Below are positions 26,626-32,071 of a stretch of 32,071 bases of DNA, in pieces; position 1 is the first letter of the stretch, and the number at the start of each line of letters is the position of its first letter. The stretch lies in the NCBI GenBank assembly GCA_938091905.1, contig CALKOM010000009.1, positions 1-32,071 of the forward strand. Direction: 5' to 3'. The position numbers were made by a program, and so were the translations under genes. Under the pieces are notes generated by a model. It saw only the letters and a list, made by a program, of their open reading frames with translations, did not search any database and was not told the DNA's origin. The stretch comes from an uncultured Verrucomicrobiales bacterium (GTDB lineage Bacteria; Verrucomicrobiota; Verrucomicrobiia; Verrucomicrobiales; DEV007).

Positions 26626-28584
26626 ATGGCAGGCTTAGAAACATCACTATCACATGTCGATGACATGTATGGAAACTGGTTCTTGGATTACGCTTCTTAC
26701 GTCATCCTTGAAAGGGCGGTTCCACACATCAATGATGGTCTCAAACCAGTGCAACGCCGCATTCTTCACGTGCTCAAGAGCATGGATGATGGGCGCCTCC
26801 ACAAAGTGGCCAATGTCGCAGGCCGCGCCACCGCCTTTCATCCACACGGCAATGTCGCGATTGAGGATGCGTTGATTCAGTTAGGACAGAAGGGGCTCCT
26901 CGTCGATACGCAAGGGAATTGGGGCGATCCCTTAACCGGCGATCCTCCGGCAGCCGCACGTTACATCGAATGTAAGCTTTCGGCATTTGCACTAGAGGTC
27001 GGCTTCAGTCCGAAGATCACCGAGTGGCAAGCTTCGTATGATGGGCGAAACAAGGAGCCTGTCACGCTTCCGGTGAAGTTTCCCCTCGTCCTCGCACAAG
27101 GTATCGAAGGCATCGCCGTGGGGCTAGCTTGCAAGATTCTCTCACACAACTTTATTGAGTTGATCGAGGCCTCGATCGATACTCTGCGAGGAAAGAAAGT
27201 GAATGTACTTCCGGACTTCTTCTCGGGAGGCTTGATGGACGCCACCGAATACAACGAAGGTCTCCGCGGCGGAAAGATTCGTGTCCGTGCACGCATCGAA
27301 AAGGCCAAGAGGAATCTTCTGATTATTCGTGAAATTCCCTACGGCACGACCACCGTCGGGCTCAAATCGAGCATCCTTGCTGCTAACGACAAAGGGAAGA
27401 TCAAGATCTCCAAAGTCGATGATCTGACCGCCGAGAACGTCGAGATTCAAGTCACTCTCCCTTCAGGTACAGATGCTGATCAAGCCATTCAAGGCCTCTT
27501 TGCCTTCTCTGATTGCGAGGTTTCCATATCGCCCAACTCTTGTGTCATTGACGACAACAAACCAAGGTTCCTTTCAGTCAACGACTTGATCAAGGCATCT
27601 GCGTTTCACACCAAGGAGTTGCTGCGCCAAGAACTTGAGATTCGATTGGGCGAACTCGAAGAGAAGTGGCACTTTGCCTCGCTCGAGAAGATCTTTATCG
27701 AGAAACGGATCTACCGCGACATTGAGGAGAGTGAAACCTGGAAAGCGGTAATCAAGGCGATCGATAAGGGCTTAAAGCCTCACGTCAAGAAGCTGCGTCG
27801 CATAGTTACGGAAGAAGACATTGTTCGACTAACCGAGATCAAGATTAAACGCATCTCGAAGTACAACAAGTTCAAAGCGAATGAACAACTCAAGGCCCTC
27901 GAAGACGAAATTGCTCAGGTCAATAAACACCTCAAGCAACTGACTCGTTACGCCGTCGCCTGGTTCAAGAACCTTCAGAAGAAGTATAGCAAAGGTCGCG
28001 AGCGCCGCACGGAGATCACCACCTTTTCAAAAGTGCAGGCGTCCAAGGTTGTTATCGCGAACGAGAAGCTCTTCCTAAACAAGTCTGACGGCTTTGTCGG
28101 CACGACGCTGAAGAAAGACGATCTGGTGGGGCCTTGCTCAAGTCTCAATGACTTCATTGTCTTTCGCTCAGACGGAACCATGACGGTGTCCAGAGTGGCT
28201 GCCAAAGTGTTCGTGGGAAAGAACCCTCAGCATGTCGCCATCTATCGCAAGGACACGCCAGTGTTTTATACCATGATCTACCGTGATGGCCGTGGTGGTG
28301 CCTGCTATGCAAAGAAGTTCACCGTCTCAGGAGTCACCCGTGACAAGATCTACGACCTGACACGTGGCAAATCGAGTAGTCGTTTGCTCTGGTTTGGAGT
28401 GCACAAAACGGAGGACGATACCAACTTTGTAGTACGGGCGCACTTCAAAGCTGAAGGCCTCCGGTTGCGCAATTTGTCGACCGACTTCGATTTCGGCTCA
28501 TTGGAGACGAAAGCGCGCGGCGTTGTTGGGCTTCAGGTCACAAAGAAGCCTGTGCAGCGCATCGCCAAACCTCAAGGCTCCTAG
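26626..28584 (+). CDS. parC: Type IIA topoisomerase subunit A (topoisomerase IV ParC-like)
   Basis: DGLKPVQRRIL, HPHG, catalytic AAARY; short C-terminal domain without a recognisable GyrA box. Confidence 0.88.
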   Translation: MAGLETSLSHVDDMYGNWFLDYASYVILERAVPHINDGLKPVQRRILHVLKSMDDGRLHKVANVAGRATAFHPHGNVAIEDALIQLGQKGLLVDTQGNWGDPLTGDPPAAARYIECKLSAFALEVGFSPKITEWQASYDGRNKEPVTLPVKFPLVLAQGIEGIAVGLACKILSHNFIELIEASIDTLRGKKVNVLPDFFSGGLMDATEYNEGLRGGKIRVRARIEKAKRNLLIIREIPYGTTTVGLKSSILAANDKGKIKISKVDDLTAENVEIQVTLPSGTDADQAIQGLFAFSDCEVSISPNSCVIDDNKPRFLSVNDLIKASAFHTKELLRQELEIRLGELEEKWHFASLEKIFIEKRIYRDIEESETWKAVIKAIDKGLKPHVKKLRRIVTEEDIVRLTEIKIKRISKYNKFKANEQLKALEDEIAQVNKHLKQLTRYAVAWFKNLQKKYSKGRERRTEITTFSKVQASKVVIANEKLFLNKSDGFVGTTLKKDDLVGPCSSLNDFIVFRSDGTMTVSRVAAKVFVGKNPQHVAIYRKDTPVFYTMIYRDGRGGACYAKKFTVSGVTRDKIYDLTRGKSSSRLLWFGVHKTEDDTNFVVRAHFKAEGLRLRNLSTDFDFGSLETKARGVVGLQVTKKPVQRIAKPQGS

Positions 28585-28588
28585 GCTT

Positions 28589-29542
28589 ATGGGATCGTTT
28601 CCTGCGATCCTTGTCGCTACTCTTCCGGTCTTCTTCATCATCGGTCTAGGTGCGTGGTTTCGCAACATTGGCTGGTGGCCAGAGGAAGCCGACCGCCCAC
28701 TGATTCGACTGGTGATCAATGCCTTCTATCCCTGTCTCATTGCCCACCATGTTCTTGGGAATCCTATCCTAAAGGATATGGGTAACCTCGCTTGGTCGGC
28801 AGGTGTCGGCTTCACGATCCCGTTAGTCTGCTTCGCGATCGGCCTTCTTGTGGCACGCTTGCTAGGCTTAAAACGTGGTTCAGGTGCTCACACGTTTGCC
28901 GTATCTAGTGGTATTCAGAATTATGGCTTTCTCCCAATCCCCATCATCGCTGCCTTGTTCACCGGTGAAGAAGCGACCCGATTGCTAGGTATTCTATTTA
29001 TGCACAACCTTGGTTTAGAGATCGCTGTCTGGACGATCGGAGTTGCTCTCCTCCGCGGCAACATAGGCAACCCTTGCAATCACCTCGTCAATACACCCAT
29101 TGTCACGATCGTTGTCTGCACTGTTCTGACCTTGACCGAGACCACCCAACTCATTCCGGCTCCATTCCATGGCGCCTTCGACCTGCTGGGGAACGCTGCT
29201 ATTCCGATCAGTCTCTTCCTCGTTGGCGCTAGCCTGTATTCTGTCCACGGTGAAACCGAATGGCGAAACACCTGGAAGACGCCACTTGCGGCGTGTGGGC
29301 TCCGATTCCTCGTCTTTCCTGGTATCTTTCTTGCTGCAGCATTGATGTTGCCCATCAACATTGAACTCCAGCGCAATCTCATCATCCAAGGCACCATGCC
29401 CGCAGGAGCCTTTGTCGTCGTGCTGGCCCGACACTACGGTGGGCATGCCTCAACCGCAGGGCAAATCGTCATCGCCACTTCGTTAGTCGGTCTCGTGGCA
29501 ATTCCAACCCTATTAACGCTTGGGTTTCGCTGGATTCACTGA
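28589..29542 (+). CDS. AEC (auxin efflux carrier / membrane transport protein) family transporter
   Basis: ATG at 28589, just after the parC stop. About 10 TM helices; NYGFLPIPI, LGNAAIPISLFLVG, TMPAG motifs. Confidence 0.85.
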   Translation: MGSFPAILVATLPVFFIIGLGAWFRNIGWWPEEADRPLIRLVINAFYPCLIAHHVLGNPILKDMGNLAWSAGVGFTIPLVCFAIGLLVARLLGLKRGSGAHTFAVSSGIQNYGFLPIPIIAALFTGEEATRLLGILFMHNLGLEIAVWTIGVALLRGNIGNPCNHLVNTPIVTIVVCTVLTLTETTQLIPAPFHGAFDLLGNAAIPISLFLVGASLYSVHGETEWRNTWKTPLAACGLRFLVFPGIFLAAALMLPINIELQRNLIIQGTMPAGAFVVVLARHYGGHASTAGQIVIATSLVGLVAIPTLLTLGFRWIH

Positions 29543-29608
29543 GTTTCGGTCAAGAAATGATTGTCACTCTTCCAAGAGCCGCCCATAACCAGAGTTCAGC
29601 CCTTTCCC

Positions 29609-30487
29609 ATGCCTGAAGATCCTCCATCCAAACGCCAAGTCTTTGTTGCAAGACTGAGCAGCACGCTAGTGCTGTGGGGCATTGTGACTGTAGGTGTAGT
29701 CCTCAAGCTTCCTTGGCTCTTCTTTGCCGTCGTCGGGTTGCTTGGCTTCCTTGCGCTCGTGGAAGTTCTCAAGATGTTTGGAGTGGATAGCAACAAACGC
29801 TATTACGTTTGGACACTGCTCATTGCTTTGGCCTACCTCGGCACCACCTACGAGCATTTCGCTTCGACCGCGCCCGGTCCAGCGAGAGCTGCTTGGGACC
29901 ATCTCGATTTCTTTTACCTGAGCCTCCACCTATTTGGCTTGTTCACACTGACCCTTCTCCGTCCGCTTGAAGGTGAAAAGACATTGAAACTCCTGACCGG
30001 TAGCTTCTTCGGCCTCTTCTACACTGTCATTCTCCTCAGCTTCCTCAATCGTCTTCTGGTCGGGAACAATACTCCCCAGTTCTACCTCGTCTTGTATGTC
30101 GTTGCCGTGACTAAGTTTACGGACATGGGAGCCTACGTAGTGGGTTCTCTCATTGGGAAACACAAGATGATCCCTCACATTAGCCCAGGAAAGACCTGGC
30201 AGGGATTTGGCGGCGCCATCCTCGGAGCTTATGTAGCTGGCGGGTTGATCTATTTGCCATTTAAGAGTCAGTTTTTCGTCGAATCGAATCACCTTCTACT
30301 CATACTTCCGTTTATCCTAGCACTAGCAACGATTGTGGGTGATCTTGCGGAGTCCGTGCTTAAACGCTGTCTCGATGTGAAAGACTCTGGCCACATGCTA
30401 CCTGGTATTGGGGGAGCGCTTGACCTGATTGATAGTCTCTGCTTTACCGCTCCGATCCTGTATCTCTACCTGGCACTCTTCACATGA
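29609..30487 (+). CDS. cdsA: Phosphatidate cytidylyltransferase
   Basis: DMGAYVVG, ISPGKTWQG, GDLAESVLKR, KDSGHMLPGIGGALDLIDS; likely ATG at 29609. Confidence 0.95.
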   Translation: MPEDPPSKRQVFVARLSSTLVLWGIVTVGVVLKLPWLFFAVVGLLGFLALVEVLKMFGVDSNKRYYVWTLLIALAYLGTTYEHFASTAPGPARAAWDHLDFFYLSLHLFGLFTLTLLRPLEGEKTLKLLTGSFFGLFYTVILLSFLNRLLVGNNTPQFYLVLYVVAVTKFTDMGAYVVGSLIGKHKMIPHISPGKTWQGFGGAILGAYVAGGLIYLPFKSQFFVESNHLLLILPFILALATIVGDLAESVLKRCLDVKDSGHMLPGIGGALDLIDSLCFTAPILYLYLALFT

Positions 30488-31662
30488 GTTTGCGGAAGAA
30501 AGTCGTTCTACTCGGTTCCACAGGATCCATCGGCACGAGTACCCTCAAGGTAGCACGCGACATTCCAGACAGGATTGAACTCATCGCACTCGCAGCAAAT
30601 CGCAGTGTGGATGCACTCGTAACCCAAGTAGAAGAGAACCAAGTCAGACACGTAGCCCTCTGGAAAGAGAAGGCAGCAGAGATCGCAGCTACGCGTTTGG
30701 ACAGCGGTGTCACGATTCACTCGGGTGAGCAAGGGCTCATCGAGCTCGCTCAGCTACCAGAAGCGGACATGGTGATCATCGCCATCATCGGCACTGCAGG
30801 CCTCCGCCCCGCACTCGCCGCGATTGAAGCGGGTAAAGACATCGCTGTGGCTAGCAAGGAGATCCTCGTCATGGCGGGCCAAGCCGTGATGAACGCTGCA
30901 GAGAAGCACGGCGTGAACGTCCTACCGATCGATAGCGAACACAACGCAATCTATCAGTGCCTAGAAGCAAATCGTGACCGTGCTGAAGTTAGCCGACTTA
31001 TTCTAACGGCCTCTGGTGGCCCGTTCCGGCAACTGCCTGCTGGTCAGTTAGCCGAAGTCACCCTAGAACAAGCACTCAAGCACCCCACTTGGGACATGGG
31101 AGCCAAGATCACGATCGATTCAGCCACACTCTTTAACAAAGGGCTAGAGATGATTGAAGCCCGTTGGTTGTTTCAGATCCCCATGCCACAAGTCGATGTT
31201 ATCGTGCACCCGCAGAGTATTGTTCACTCCATGGTCGAGTTTGTCGATGGCTCCATCCTAGCGCAGCTCAGCCATTCGGACATGTGCTTCCCTATTCAAT
31301 ACGCCGTCACCTGGCCGGAGCGCGTTGCCAATTCGTTAGAGCCATTGGACTTTGCGAAACTCAAACAACTCGACTTTGAAGCTCCTCGGATCGACGATTT
31401 CCCCGCCCTTCGTTTGGCCCGTGAAGCTGGCGAAGCTGGCGGCACCCTTCCAGCAGTTCTCAACGCCGCCAACGAAGTCGCCGTCGACGCCTTTCGAAAT
31501 CGCAAGCTAAGCTTTCCCGGAATCTGGCAAACTGTTGAATCGACAATGGGGGAACACAACGCCATCACCGACGCGTCACTAGAGCAGATCATCGAGGCGG
31601 ATGCATGGGCTCGGGAAGTCAGCCTTGCCAAGATCAACGGAAGCTCTCAAGCTCACTCCTAA
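30484..31662 (+). CDS. dxr: 1-deoxy-D-xylulose 5-phosphate reductoisomerase
   Basis: LGSTGSIG, LPIDSEHNAI, LTASGGPF, HPTWDMGAKITIDSAT, NAANEVAV. Confidence 0.97.
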   Translation: MSLRKKVVLLGSTGSIGTSTLKVARDIPDRIELIALAANRSVDALVTQVEENQVRHVALWKEKAAEIAATRLDSGVTIHSGEQGLIELAQLPEADMVIIAIIGTAGLRPALAAIEAGKDIAVASKEILVMAGQAVMNAAEKHGVNVLPIDSEHNAIYQCLEANRDRAEVSRLILTASGGPFRQLPAGQLAEVTLEQALKHPTWDMGAKITIDSATLFNKGLEMIEARWLFQIPMPQVDVIVHPQSIVHSMVEFVDGSILAQLSHSDMCFPIQYAVTWPERVANSLEPLDFAKLKQLDFEAPRIDDFPALRLAREAGEAGGTLPAVLNAANEVAVDAFRNRKLSFPGIWQTVESTMGEHNAITDASLEQIIEADAWAREVSLAKINGSSQAHS

Positions 31663-31670
31663 TTTTTTAA

Positions 31671-32071
31671 ACCTCGTCAGCAGTATTTGTGGGTGGCTGG
31701 AGGCTCTGGAAGGCCTCCAAGAGTGTAAAATAGCGCAATTCGGTAGACTTCTTCACTACGAAAGCCGTAGGCCTTTCTTGTGACAACATTCACTTTCCGG
31801 TTGAGCCCTTCGACAACGCCAGAGATGAATGCCTTCTTTGCCCTCCAATAGTTGAAGATCAGCTCCTTGTGATGGCGCATGGTCTTCACGAATTTCTTGA
31901 TCGGCTCAAGCTGTGAGCGCATGGCCCGTGCGCTCCAGTTCTTCCAATACCACTTGGCCCATCTCACCGATTCTTACTCCCACAGCGCTCGAAAGCTCTC
32001 TTTCAACACGTAGGCTCGCACACTCTTCAAGTTGTATTGTAAAAGTTCACCAAGCTTCAGTTCTTGGTTCG
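31671..32071 (-). mobile_element. ISL3-family insertion sequence, right end; transposase with premature stop (truncated by window end)
   Basis: ISL3 C-terminal motifs AYVLKESFR, SQLEPIKKFVKT, SGVVEGLNRKV, RKAYGFRS. In-frame TAA at 31974-31976. ISL3-like terminus ...ACCCACAAATACTGCTGACGAGGT next to AT-rich TTTTTTAA (possible 8-bp target duplication). Confidence 0.88.

Noticed and set aside
24751..28584. Annotation as DNA gyrase gyrB/gyrA
   Set aside because: The A subunit is short (652 aa) with no recognisable GyrA box; the sequences fit the short topoisomerase IV-like type better.
1..32071. CRISPR arrays, rRNA, riboswitches, and the many antisense/nested ORFs in the six-frame track
   Set aside because: No regularly spaced direct repeats or recognisable RNA motifs were seen by eye; the nested ORFs shadow well-supported genes and lack motifs. 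A covariance-model search was not possible.

Overview
Moderately GC-rich bacterial chromosome segment. Gene content and C-terminal surface-protein motifs suggest a Verrucomicrobiota/PVC organism (inference). Left end (1-2736): decayed edge of an island integrated at the 3' end of a tRNA-Phe(GAA) gene, carrying a pseudogenised tyrosine recombinase that appears to have two tandem recombinase modules in one reading frame. 2890-10528 (- strand): respiratory cluster of Rieske protein, cytochrome b fused to a di-heme cytochrome c, a Zn-ribbon membrane protein, a two-repeat lipoprotein and system II cytochrome c maturation (ResB-like, CcsA). 10618-16269 (- strand): arylsulfatase, small TPR-like membrane protein and a secreted M14 carboxypeptidase/DPP IV (S9B) fusion. 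About 16500-19060 (+ strand): joined pseudogene remnants (FG-GAP surface protein, ECF sigma fragment, Ig + P-domain surface protein). 19057-21285 (- strand): the most unusual gene, a signal-peptide/EF-hand protein whose phospho-His swivel precedes a C-terminal ATP-grasp domain, the domain order of plant glucan, water dikinases. 21408-31662 (+ strand): housekeeping genes (lipid A late acyltransferase, beta-hydroxyacid dehydrogenase, rplI, alpha/beta hydrolase, parE/parC-like topoisomerase, AEC transporter, cdsA, dxr). The window ends in an ISL3 element with an internal stop. No CRISPR array or rRNA was seen.
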